Shown here in pieces: positions 17,501 through 26,404 of a stretch of DNA of 64,000 nt. A model generated the notes under the pieces. The model had not been told where the DNA came from and did not search any database. It worked only from the letters and a program-made list of their open reading frames with translations. The stretch's first letter is position 1. The number at the start of each line of letters is the position of its first letter. The position numbers and the translations under genes were made by a program. Origin of the DNA: a virus (taxonomy: Duplodnaviria > Caudoviricetes); IMG/VR virus record IMGVR_UViG_3300043171_000012, positions 5,419-69,418 of that record; one strand, written 5' to 3'.

Positions 17501-20500
17501 TTAATCCTTTTGGATCTATACCTCCATCTACGGTAGCTACTAGTTCGCTAAAATATCTATCATACCATTTGTTGCTTAGCAAATTCCAACCCATTGGCAT
17601 TTCACTACGAAGACCTACAGCTATAAGCTTTTTATCCATAGCTTTATCTAATGATATTAACTTATAGTTATCTATAACAAAATCATAAGCACTTTCAAAA
17701 GCACTTTTAGATAATGAAACATCTAGCAAATATAAGTAAGCAGATGTAGCAGGCATGGCATGCTCGTATTCAAACCTACTACCTGTTATATTGTTAGAGT
17801 AACCTACAAATTGAGCCCCAAGCTTATGCCAGTGTCCAGTATCACTACCTGTTATCTTTAGATAATTACCTATTACTTTAGCATTTTCCTTATTTGATTG
17901 TATAGCTTTATTAAACCTATACCACATAGCTTGATGAATCTTACCTACCTTTCTATTAAAAGCAGCTATATCACCTGATTTAACTTTTGCTTTTATAATT
18001 TCTTTTGTTTTGAAAAGCGTATCATAACCAGATATAGAGAAGTCACTAACACCTTCTACAGGCGCACCGTATTTTTGATTAGGATCTGTAGCAAGTTTTT
18101 TCATTTGATCTACATAATACTCTTTATAAAGAGACTTAGCTACGTCAGTCGTACCTAATACTTTTGAAGTCGGTGTAAACACAGTTCCGTAATTACCTTT
18201 TTTATTTGGCTTACCAAACCAAAAATCTTTAGGCATCAAGGGTAGTAAATTCTTTTTAACCTCAGCTACATATTTATCTACATCTTCCCTTGTTTTAAAT
18301 TTAAAAGTTCCATCTATACCGTATGCTTTAAGTAAACCGTCAACACCTCTTGTTTCTAACTTAAATACTGGGTTAGCTAATATGCCTTTTACTTTTTCAC
18401 TAAACTGAATATCAGATCTACCAGCTCCCATATCAGCTTGTATTTGCTTAGGCGATCTAGATGATTTTTTAGTAAATTTAGAAACCTTATCTCTAGCTAT
18501 AGTATTAGCTATCATAGAACCTTTCAACTTAGCTATACCATTTAAAAAAGTACCTATATTTCTATCGTAATTATTTAGTTGACCCATAGGTGTTATACCC
18601 ATATCTTCTTGCAACTTCTTTACGGTTTCGTTAGATATAGCTCCAGTAAACTCTTGTTTTAATCTTCTTATAAAAGGTTGACTGCTCAAACCTGATGATC
18701 TTTCCCCCGTTTTATCTGCATAAAAATAATCTAATACTCTACCTTTTAAACCTATAGATCTACCTTGTGTGTCTTTTGATACTATAACTTTTTCTCCCTG
18801 TGGTCCAACTTCAGATTCTTTAGACGCAACATTTGTTGGTGGTAATAACTTTAAAAACTTTCTTACCTCTTGAGCATCTCTAAAATCATCCTGTATTCTA
18901 CCAGCTTCTGAATTTTCAGGTATACCATTTACTATTTTTTTAGCGTAAGTTAAATTAGCGTTTTTAGATATTTTGTCATTAGATATATTATATATAGAGG
19001 CAGCTATTTTACTACCATATCTACTACTTATCTCTTTAAAATCTAACTTAAACGGAGCAACATCACTAGGTTTTACGTCAACTAGTTTTTCTATATCTTT
19101 TATATCAGAAGAAACAGCTTTAAACTTTCTAGGATCAATTTTAGATACCGTTTCTTTATCCTCCCTAGCTTTTCTTTCCTCTAGTGTTTCACTTGAATCT
19201 TGTGCTACGATATCAAACCCTGTACCTATTCTTGTTTGCTTAAAATCTTTAGGGGCTAATTCTTGTTTATAAAATTTATTACCTCTACCCATTTTAAAGA
19301 CATTGGTAACATAAGTTGTAAAAGCTTGCTTCTTACCGTTTTTATCTATAGGTTTGTAGTTTTTTATAATACTGTCAAACTCTGTGCCTACAAATCCCAT
19401 AGCATCAGCAGCTGCTATATCTCCTTTACCAACATTGTAACCCATAGCATTTAACGCTACAGATTGAAATTGCATAAATAAATCGCCGTACTTTTCAGGG
19501 TCTTTCATAAATTCACTAGTATCTTCTTTATACTCAATAGCTAGTTTGTTTACTGTTGACTTTTCAGAAAGTTTAGTATCTTTTCCTTTAAAGTTTTTTA
19601 ACGCTTTTTTTGTTGTTTTACTTATTTTACCGGATCTAAATGCTGCGTTGTTTGCCGCTAAGTATTTTAAGGCTTTTTCAGGTGTATTAAGTTTATTAGG
19701 GTTTACGCCATTAAAAATCCTGGTCATTAAGCTGTCTTCTTTTTCTATCTGAACCTCATCTTCGTAAGCATATAAATGTTCTTGCATGTATTTAGTATAC
19801 TCATCTCTATACTTTTCGCTGTTTTCAAAGGTTAAATTTTCTTCAGCATATAAGTTGTCAAGCATTTTTCTTACACCTTGGTCTACAGCTTTTATAGCTT
19901 GATTAGTAGTTTGACTTGCTGCAACCGCTAAGTTTTCAGCATATATCTTTCTATTATCTTTACTTATTCTTGCGTCATCTACAATGTGAGAAAACTCGTG
20001 AAGTATAACTGTACCAGCTCTGATCTGTCCTTTTTCTAAATCAGCTTTAGCACTTTCTTTGTCTTGAGTTATTATAGTGTTACCCATAACAGCTCCGTAA
20101 GTTTCGCCGTTATTAAATTTAGAAACAGCTTCTTTATATTCATTAGAATTAACGTCTACTCCTTCATCTTCAAGAGCTTTTTTTAACTCTTCTTCAGTTG
20201 TGTACTCTACAATGTTTACATTTTTTATATCTGCAAATATATCGCTAGCCCTAGTATTTACACCTTCAGCCACAGAAATAGCTCTTGATCTATCTAAAGC
20301 CATTTGATCACCAAGTTCTTTATATCTAGCTTCTTTTTGTTTTTTATTTAGAGGTTTGTCGTTTATAGTTTCATTTTCAACGATTTCTATAATTTCAGGG
20401 TTTGCTTTTGCTGCTCTTTTACTTTTTCTGCTAACACTTTCTCTTACATGATTTATAACAGCTACTATTTGATCTTCGGTAGATTTAGACTTATAATTAT

Positions 20501-23500
20501 CTTTGTTTACCTTTCTTAAATACTTATCATTGTTTGTCCATAAATCACCTAAACTTTCTTTAGCTTTCTTAGTGCTAGTAGATTTTTCTTTTATATTGTT
20601 AGCCTGTTTATCTAATACGTTTAGTTGAGTTTCGAATACTTTAGCCTCTTCTTTTGTTAAAGATTCTTTGTATGAATTTATAACTTCAGCTTTATCAACA
20701 TCAGACATACCAGGCATAACACCTGCTTGTGATAAAAGTTGTGACTTTATCAACTCAGTACCTATTAATCTCTTTACATCGTCAACATCGCGACCAAGAA
20801 TATCTACACCTAATCTATCAACTTCTAGTCCTTGCTCTTGTAGGTTTGAAGCCATGTCAGATAGCAACAACTCTTTTTGTTTGTTATCTAATTTAGAATC
20901 CTGTATTAATGTACTAAGTTCGTTATTATTTAGCCTAAGCTTGTTTATTTTTTCTTCAAACTTTTTAGTTGCATTATAGTTTACTATACCAGAATAAGCA
21001 ACACCTGGGCTTTGTGAAACACCTAATGTTATTATAGTAGACATAGCAGTGTCATCCCAAGCGCTAAGATCTAGTTCTCTATCAAGTATACCATACTCTG
21101 TTATAAATTGTTGACCACCATATATTAATTCTTCTTCAGCAAGTTCTCCAGCTCCTCTCGTTAATAAAGGCTTGCCTATTAAGTCAGCTACTTTCTGATA
21201 CTTATTTGCGCCTAAATTTTTAGCTATACTTGTTAAAGACGTAGGAGATTTAAAATCCTTTAAAAGTTTTATAGTGTTAGGAGCTGTACCTAAAAACCTA
21301 GTTACAGTACCTTCAATTATACCATTAGCTAATGAAGCGTTTACTATTTGGGAATCGCTTATTTCGTACATGGCTTTTGCTTGATTTATATCCCTCATAG
21401 TATTAGTATAAGTATAAAAATCTATAACACCGTTTTCGTAAGCCTCTAAAGCAATTTTAGCTTGCTTATCAGCTGTACCAACTATTTGTTGCTGCGTTTT
21501 TAAGTCACGATATGTTTGTGTACCTGATGATATACCAAATAAACCACCAATAGCGTTAGCTGTCATAGCAGAAGATAAACCAGCCGCTGATCCTACACCA
21601 CCAGTAGCTATAGCTAGTGTGATGTTACCAGACTGTTGACCTAATGTTCTAAAAAAATAAGTACCGAAATCCCCATCATCATAGCTTCCCATTGTTTCAA
21701 AGTACTCGTCTTTAGCATTTAATCTTTTTTGAGCCTCTAAAGCCCACTCAGAATCCACAAGCGTTGGCACGGATAGAAGTATTCCTGCAAAAGCATCATT
21801 AACGTCTTTAGCAAATAACTTACCTAATCCATACTCTTTCATAGAATCTTTAAAAACCTCAGAGTCTACTGGATTAGCTGCATAAAATTCAGAAACCTCT
21901 TTCTGCATATTTTCTAAAGTAGCAGAGTAGTCTGATTGAAGATTAGCAAAATCATTTTGTAACTTAAACATTTCAGATTTTACTTGATTAAATAACTTAC
22001 CCTCTTCCGTATTGAGTTTTCTACTATTTGTTAGTGAAAAAACTGGATCACCGCTAGGTGTATAGTCTACAGAAAGTTTGGTGTCTGCTGGTGCATTATT
22101 TAAAAGTTGTTTAGCTCTAGTGTTTAAAACATCACCTATATTTTTTTCATATATTTTAGGTAATTCTTCGACTTGTTCTTTTATTCTTTGATCAAATTTT
22201 TCTTTTTCAATTTTACCAATTCCTTGACCTAGTCTAATTAAGTTTTGATTACCAGACTTATGCATGATCCTTTCCCCTATAGTTCTAGATTTGTTAAGTA
22301 GTTCTTCTTTTTTTAATTCTTCAATACCTCTTTTATAAATACTCAAGGCAAATTCTTCACCCCCTATAGAGTTTATTTTTTCTCTTATGCCTTCTGATAA
22401 ACCTCCAAGGTTTTTAGCAGCTGTTACTGCTTTATCCATAGACACAGGTATTTTTATCATTTTATCTAACTTGGCATTATAAACCATTTGAGCGCCATCA
22501 TCTACACCTTTATACTGTCTTATTTCATTTATTTCTTCTTCAGTAAGTTTATTACTTTCTGAAAGTTCATTTTGCAACGTGCTTATTAAATCTTCACCAA
22601 AAGTTTTTCTAAAGTATTCTAAATCTAAAGATTTATTAGATGTAATAACTTTTTCTTCTTGCTTAACTTTTCTGGCTTTTTCTTCTAAGTAATTACTAGT
22701 TGCTTCGTAGCTGTTGTTTTTTATTATCTCATAACCTTCTTCGCCTAAATCTTCTTTCATGAAAGATCTTAGCTTATCTACATTTAACTTTTCTTCAACT
22801 ACAATACCATCTTTTAAGATATTGTAAGAATAGGGTTGATATGTTCCATCTTTTCTCGATCCACTAGATTGATTTACAGAAACACTATAACCAGTGCCTT
22901 CTAAAGCTTTGTTTACAACTGTATCATCTTGAGTTTCGCCAAGTATATCAGCTAACTGGCCAACAGTATTAACCACTAGCTCTTCATCTGTTTGGCTTTT
23001 ATATGCTTTGTCTAGCTTTTTTAAAATGTCTACAGCTTCATCTCTACCGTCTAAAGTAAATGGTTGTAAGTCTAGTTCTATGGATTTATCTGTTCCAGGT
23101 AAAACTATGTTTAACGCATTTCTAACACCCGTTTGTTCTATAAAAACACCCGGATATTCACTCATTAAAAATTCTTGAACTTCTTCCTCTGTCTTATCTA
23201 TAATAGACATTGGCTTATCGATATCCATTTCTGAATCTCTATAAGCATCTTTTAGTTTTTTCCTTACATTAGAATATTTTTCATCAAGTAGCATTTTGCC
23301 AGCTCTAGTGCCATTATACTTATCTCCAAATATACCTCCTGGTTCAACTTTTTTGTATTCCGATAAAATATCTTCCAGCTGTGATTCCAAAGCGAATCTC
23401 TCGGATGCTTCGGGAGTTTTGGGCGTTACAGTCGCATCCTTCTGGTCTACAACACCCTTTTGAAAATCTTTTCCAACATCTTCAATTTCTTTTGTGGTTA

Positions 23501-23618
23501 TATTATTTTTAGATAAATAATCATTTAAATTTAAACCCGCAGCTGAAGCAAAGTCTTTTACCTCGTCTATAGTGTACTCTTGACCGTCTATAATATAAAC
23601 TGTTTTTTTATCTGCCAT
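14559..23618 (-). CDS. Giant internal-virion (ejection) polyvalent protein, 3019 aa
   Basis: Follows the other internal-virion genes; contains HEFSH zincin, sigma-region-2-like, EHAMP HNH-like and DFDDT HAD modules. Confidence 0.75.
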   Translation of the reverse strand: MADKKTVYIIDGQEYTIDEVKDFASAAGLNLNDYLSKNNITTKEIEDVGKDFQKGVVDQKDATVTPKTPEASERFALESQLEDILSEYKKVEPGGIFGDKYNGTRAGKMLLDEKYSNVRKKLKDAYRDSEMDIDKPMSIIDKTEEEVQEFLMSEYPGVFIEQTGVRNALNIVLPGTDKSIELDLQPFTLDGRDEAVDILKKLDKAYKSQTDEELVVNTVGQLADILGETQDDTVVNKALEGTGYSVSVNQSSGSRKDGTYQPYSYNILKDGIVVEEKLNVDKLRSFMKEDLGEEGYEIIKNNSYEATSNYLEEKARKVKQEEKVITSNKSLDLEYFRKTFGEDLISTLQNELSESNKLTEEEINEIRQYKGVDDGAQMVYNAKLDKMIKIPVSMDKAVTAAKNLGGLSEGIREKINSIGGEEFALSIYKRGIEELKKEELLNKSRTIGERIMHKSGNQNLIRLGQGIGKIEKEKFDQRIKEQVEELPKIYEKNIGDVLNTRAKQLLNNAPADTKLSVDYTPSGDPVFSLTNSRKLNTEEGKLFNQVKSEMFKLQNDFANLQSDYSATLENMQKEVSEFYAANPVDSEVFKDSMKEYGLGKLFAKDVNDAFAGILLSVPTLVDSEWALEAQKRLNAKDEYFETMGSYDDGDFGTYFFRTLGQQSGNITLAIATGGVGSAAGLSSAMTANAIGGLFGISSGTQTYRDLKTQQQIVGTADKQAKIALEAYENGVIDFYTYTNTMRDINQAKAMYEISDSQIVNASLANGIIEGTVTRFLGTAPNTIKLLKDFKSPTSLTSIAKNLGANKYQKVADLIGKPLLTRGAGELAEEELIYGGQQFITEYGILDRELDLSAWDDTAMSTIITLGVSQSPGVAYSGIVNYNATKKFEEKINKLRLNNNELSTLIQDSKLDNKQKELLLSDMASNLQEQGLEVDRLGVDILGRDVDDVKRLIGTELIKSQLLSQAGVMPGMSDVDKAEVINSYKESLTKEEAKVFETQLNVLDKQANNIKEKSTSTKKAKESLGDLWTNNDKYLRKVNKDNYKSKSTEDQIVAVINHVRESVSRKSKRAAKANPEIIEIVENETINDKPLNKKQKEARYKELGDQMALDRSRAISVAEGVNTRASDIFADIKNVNIVEYTTEEELKKALEDEGVDVNSNEYKEAVSKFNNGETYGAVMGNTIITQDKESAKADLEKGQIRAGTVILHEFSHIVDDARISKDNRKIYAENLAVAASQTTNQAIKAVDQGVRKMLDNLYAEENLTFENSEKYRDEYTKYMQEHLYAYEDEVQIEKEDSLMTRIFNGVNPNKLNTPEKALKYLAANNAAFRSGKISKTTKKALKNFKGKDTKLSEKSTVNKLAIEYKEDTSEFMKDPEKYGDLFMQFQSVALNAMGYNVGKGDIAAADAMGFVGTEFDSIIKNYKPIDKNGKKQAFTTYVTNVFKMGRGNKFYKQELAPKDFKQTRIGTGFDIVAQDSSETLEERKAREDKETVSKIDPRKFKAVSSDIKDIEKLVDVKPSDVAPFKLDFKEISSRYGSKIAASIYNISNDKISKNANLTYAKKIVNGIPENSEAGRIQDDFRDAQEVRKFLKLLPPTNVASKESEVGPQGEKVIVSKDTQGRSIGLKGRVLDYFYADKTGERSSGLSSQPFIRRLKQEFTGAISNETVKKLQEDMGITPMGQLNNYDRNIGTFLNGIAKLKGSMIANTIARDKVSKFTKKSSRSPKQIQADMGAGRSDIQFSEKVKGILANPVFKLETRGVDGLLKAYGIDGTFKFKTREDVDKYVAEVKKNLLPLMPKDFWFGKPNKKGNYGTVFTPTSKVLGTTDVAKSLYKEYYVDQMKKLATDPNQKYGAPVEGVSDFSISGYDTLFKTKEIIKAKVKSGDIAAFNRKVGKIHQAMWYRFNKAIQSNKENAKVIGNYLKITGSDTGHWHKLGAQFVGYSNNITGSRFEYEHAMPATSAYLYLLDVSLSKSAFESAYDFVIDNYKLISLDKAMDKKLIAVGLRSEMPMGWNLLSNKWYDRYFSELVATVDGGIDPKGLISIDGTNFQDKYSINADGSPYIRGTFKPEAKSQVKKDNIADKAMKNARSPKYSEKIKKARVFDFDDTLAQTKSNVLYTMPDGTTGKIDAGTFAKDAGRMEAEGAVWDFSEFSKVMNGKKGPLFDVAKKIQDVRGSEDIFVLTARPQDAAGPIKEFLGSLGLNIPLKNITGLADGRPQAKADWMLGKFAEGYNDFYFTDDHLGNVKAVKNVLSVLDVKSKVQQARIKFSEKLSDDFNAMIERNKGVKAKATFSDALARRRGVKQKRFSFFIPPSADDFRGLTMYTFAGKGKQGEADQEFFDKALIKPYLRGVGAVEQAKQKITNDYRALIKKYPKIKKKLRKKFEGTKYTTDEAIRIFLWDRAGYTIPGLSKTDQAKVVKLVSENNDLTQFADGVELITRLDSFIEPNDFWDASTIIGDLSRVGRDINRKEYLSEFIENVDIIFSPENLNKVQAVYGFRIREALEDSIRRMKSGNNKTSGGGRLVEKWNNWVNNSVGAIMFFNRRSALLQLMSSANFINWSDNNPAQAALALANQPQYWKDVIKLFNSDKLKQRRSGLEGDIQEAEIAQASKKGGMTGVISYLLKIGFTPTQIADSIAIATGGATFYRNRIKTYKKAGYELAEAEQKAFDDFSAISDETQQSADPMLISGQQSSVLGRLVLAFQNTPMQYTRLIKKAGQDLINNRGSKRQNISKILYYGAIQNFIFNALQNALFALVPGFDDEDEDFATDKEKDKYDENKIKAEENKISRIVNGMIDSIVRGSGLAGAVGVTLKNTIREFIEYQEKPVFAREKGDVILAALQISPPIGSKARKINAALQTLQYEKDVMNERGFDVMIDGKFQLSPTYNMIGSLSAATLNLPLDRAVDEINSITEALDTRNTQWQRIALALGWRSWDAGVQIEEHDFIKTKAKASRKEAGKEKAKITRQKKKIEKADYYKYRQEAFKTIPIKVEDSLRKIERSTGVMTPKFKLEKLVEKHGI

Positions 23619-23619
23619 A

Positions 23620-25293
23620 TTATCTGTATATTGTTTTTAGCACTGCATCGGGAATTGTCTTGCCACTAAATTCATAAACACCAGCTGCGTTAGCCGAATA
23701 CTTACGAACCCCTTTTCCTTCATCATAACCATAGTAAACTTTTAAACCACTCTGACCGTATGTAGAGGGTGTAGGAACAACTGAGGCAAAAATTTCTTTC
23801 ATGTTCGCATTATCTTGTTTAACAGCTTTAAATATTGGATTAAAAATCTTATCGAATTGTTTTGGGGTAAAATTACCACCTGGTGTAGATTTTGTAGAAA
23901 GTGTTTCGTAAAAATAACCTTCCATACCTTCTGAGTAACCGTTTATACCAGCTTCATTAAGCTGATCAACATCTTCTTGACTTAATTTTCTGACAACTAA
24001 TTTAAATCCAGGTTGATCACCCATAGTTGCCATATTAGTTAATTCTTGCTCTGTATATTTAGCACCTGTTCTAGGGTTTACTTTATCTTTTAATGCTTCT
24101 TTATCAAAAGCATCAACACCCTCTACTTCAGGTACTAAGTCATAATGCTCCCGCATAGCAATCATCTCTAATTCAGTAATCGTTTTAACTTTTTGATCTT
24201 GAGTTTGCTTTAAGAATTTTTGTATGTTAACCTCACCCATACCTAGTCTTTGTTCTAAGTATGCTTGTATTGCTTCGGGGTTATCCATGCCTAAAACGTT
24301 TGCAGCTCTACCTCTCAATGTAGATTCAAACTTGCTATCCAGTGCTTGTATATCTACAAACTCTCTACTTATAACGTTTTGATAACCATCTTTACCAACA
24401 GAGGTTATAGGGTTTAATGCGGTTCTAAAAGATTTAGCTAACTCTCCGTTTTCATCTATACCTTGCTCTTTAGCTATCTCAGCGTAATTAGTTAAATCTT
24501 CTGTTTTATTAAGAAGATTACCATCCCACTGTGACATATTCTTTTGCCACTTAAATGTTACTGTACCGTCTCCGTTATCTTTTATAAAGTCTTTATTGAG
24601 ATCTAAGTTCTTTACTAATTCATTACTTTTCTTTAATGTACTCTCTATTGTTACAAAATTACCATCAGAAGTATGTGTTGCTTTTTTAGTTGACGTAACA
24701 CCATCTATAGCTATATTACTTAAACTCATACCAGCTAGTTGAGACGCTATTTGACCTGTAACACCATTGCTACCACCTTCCCAAAACATGGTTTTTTGTG
24801 GACCACTACTTCCATTATAAGACTTTATTAACTCTACGTCAGTCATTATCTTACCGCCGTCGTTAACTATTGAAGCCATGTTTGTGTTTGATCTGTTAAC
24901 TATATTTTGTAGCTCGTTTCTTTCTTCTCTACTTAAATTAGATTTAGTCATTAATAAAGTTTGAGCTTCTATAGAACCCATAACACCTTCACCACCTTGC
25001 ATTAATGTTTCTTGTATTCTTTGAAATTGTTCTATTAATGTTTTGTCAGCGTTAGGATCCGCTTTAGCTGTAGTTACAGCATCAGTTAGGTTTTTGTTTT
25101 GAGTAAGTGAAGCAGCTGTCCATACTGAATTAAACTTTTCTTGCTTCGCAGCAGCAATAGCTTTTTGCTGGTTTCTAAACTTCACTACATTTTGTATGCC
25201 TTGAAGCATAGTTTGTGTAACCTTAGCGGAGGCGTTAGCCCAAGCCATAGCGGATTGATCGTTTATTATTCTTGGGTTGTCGTATGCACTCAT
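23620..25293 (-). CDS. Internal virion protein (putative)
   Basis: Helical 557-aa ORF between the pilot-like and giant proteins (podovirus synteny). Confidence 0.55.
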   Translation of the reverse strand: MSAYDNPRIINDQSAMAWANASAKVTQTMLQGIQNVVKFRNQQKAIAAAKQEKFNSVWTAASLTQNKNLTDAVTTAKADPNADKTLIEQFQRIQETLMQGGEGVMGSIEAQTLLMTKSNLSREERNELQNIVNRSNTNMASIVNDGGKIMTDVELIKSYNGSSGPQKTMFWEGGSNGVTGQIASQLAGMSLSNIAIDGVTSTKKATHTSDGNFVTIESTLKKSNELVKNLDLNKDFIKDNGDGTVTFKWQKNMSQWDGNLLNKTEDLTNYAEIAKEQGIDENGELAKSFRTALNPITSVGKDGYQNVISREFVDIQALDSKFESTLRGRAANVLGMDNPEAIQAYLEQRLGMGEVNIQKFLKQTQDQKVKTITELEMIAMREHYDLVPEVEGVDAFDKEALKDKVNPRTGAKYTEQELTNMATMGDQPGFKLVVRKLSQEDVDQLNEAGINGYSEGMEGYFYETLSTKSTPGGNFTPKQFDKIFNPIFKAVKQDNANMKEIFASVVPTPSTYGQSGLKVYYGYDEGKGVRKYSANAAGVYEFSGKTIPDAVLKTIYR

Positions 25294-25306
25294 ATTTTTG
25301 TTTTAT

Positions 25307-25975
25307 TTAAAGTCCAGGAGCAGCAGCCATTAATCCTCCACCTATTCCACTTATAGCATTACCCCAAGCTTGACCTTGAGCAGCTTTAGCGTTTGCTTGA
25401 TTTTGTGAAGCTTGCTGCATATTACCAGCAGCAAATCCTAAGTCAGCGTTAGTTCTAGCTTCTCTGGCTTGAAACTCATACTGTATTCCAGCGGCATCTG
25501 CTTGTTGTAATCTCATTTGTTCACTCATCTTAAGCTTATCAGCCTCGCTTTGACCTTGTGCTCTAAGTTTCTCGTTAGCAGCTTCCTGTTGTTCTATACT
25601 AGCAGATATACCTTTTTTACTTTGTAATGCAGCTTGAGCTAAAGCGGTTGCACCACCTGCACCAGCACCTGTTGCTGCTAATAAATCTAAACTACTAGCT
25701 AAAGACATGTCAGCTTGTTCTGCTTGGAATTCAGCAGCTTGAGTTGCAACACCTAAATTAGCAAATGGATTACTTACCATACCACTAAGATCAGTAACCC
25801 CAGCGTATGGGTTTACTATAGGAGTTCTCTCTGATTTTATTTGCTCAATCTCTGCCCTAGCTCTTTCTTTTTCATTCTTATAGCCTTTTGCCGCTTGCTT
25901 AGCTTGATTAGCAGATACGGCTCCACCTATTGCTGTCGCTGTTACTCCTACTGCTATCGCTGTTACTACTGCCAT
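25307..25975 (-). CDS. Ala/Gln-rich internal virion (DNA pilot-like) protein
   Basis: Gly/Ala hydrophobic ends, coiled-coil core; synteny. Confidence 0.6.
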   Translation of the reverse strand: MAVVTAIAVGVTATAIGGAVSANQAKQAAKGYKNEKERARAEIEQIKSERTPIVNPYAGVTDLSGMVSNPFANLGVATQAAEFQAEQADMSLASSLDLLAATGAGAGGATALAQAALQSKKGISASIEQQEAANEKLRAQGQSEADKLKMSEQMRLQQADAAGIQYEFQAREARTNADLGFAAGNMQQASQNQANAKAAQGQAWGNAISGIGGGLMAAAPGL

Positions 25976-25986
25976 AAATTTAATTT

Positions 25987-26394
25987 TTAAATTATTCTTT
26001 TTATCATTTCATGAGAAGGTGTTTCATCAACAACCCAATCTAATTTTTTATGTATCTTTAACAGACTGTTACTTCTGCTTATTGACATAATGCATTTCTT
26101 ACCTGCATCTTTTACCATTTTTTCTACTGTTTCAATCAAAAGTTTTACAGCTAAAGGTCTAGCTCTTTTGTTGCCTTCAGGGTCTGATACGACCCAATCA
26201 AACCAGCATAAACCAGAATTGCTCCAGTATATAAATCCAGCCACAATAGGTTTATCTTTGTACTCAACCATCACCCCACCAGTTCCATTGTCTGGTAGTA
26301 TATCTTTACTTACTGCTGGCCAGCCCCAAGCTTTCCACCAGTTTTCTAACATACTATAGTCTTCCTCTAGTAATGTTCTTGTTTTAAAATCCAT
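25987..26394 (-). CDS. GNAT-fold protein in the virion module (putative)
   Basis: IVAGFIY...WFDWVVSDP...LLIETVEK pattern; typical position after the tail gene in podoviruses. Confidence 0.55.
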   Translation of the reverse strand: MDFKTRTLLEEDYSMLENWWKAWGWPAVSKDILPDNGTGGVMVEYKDKPIVAGFIYWSNSGLCWFDWVVSDPEGNKRARPLAVKLLIETVEKMVKDAGKKCIMSISRSNSLLKIHKKLDWVVDETPSHEMIKRII

Positions 26395-26404
26395 TTAATT
26401 TAAT

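Noticed and set aside
19810-19830. NSEK as a fifth polyprotein junction
   Set aside because: It lacks the hydrophobic residue before SEK and lies within the presumed zincin domain, near a candidate third ligand (RDEY).
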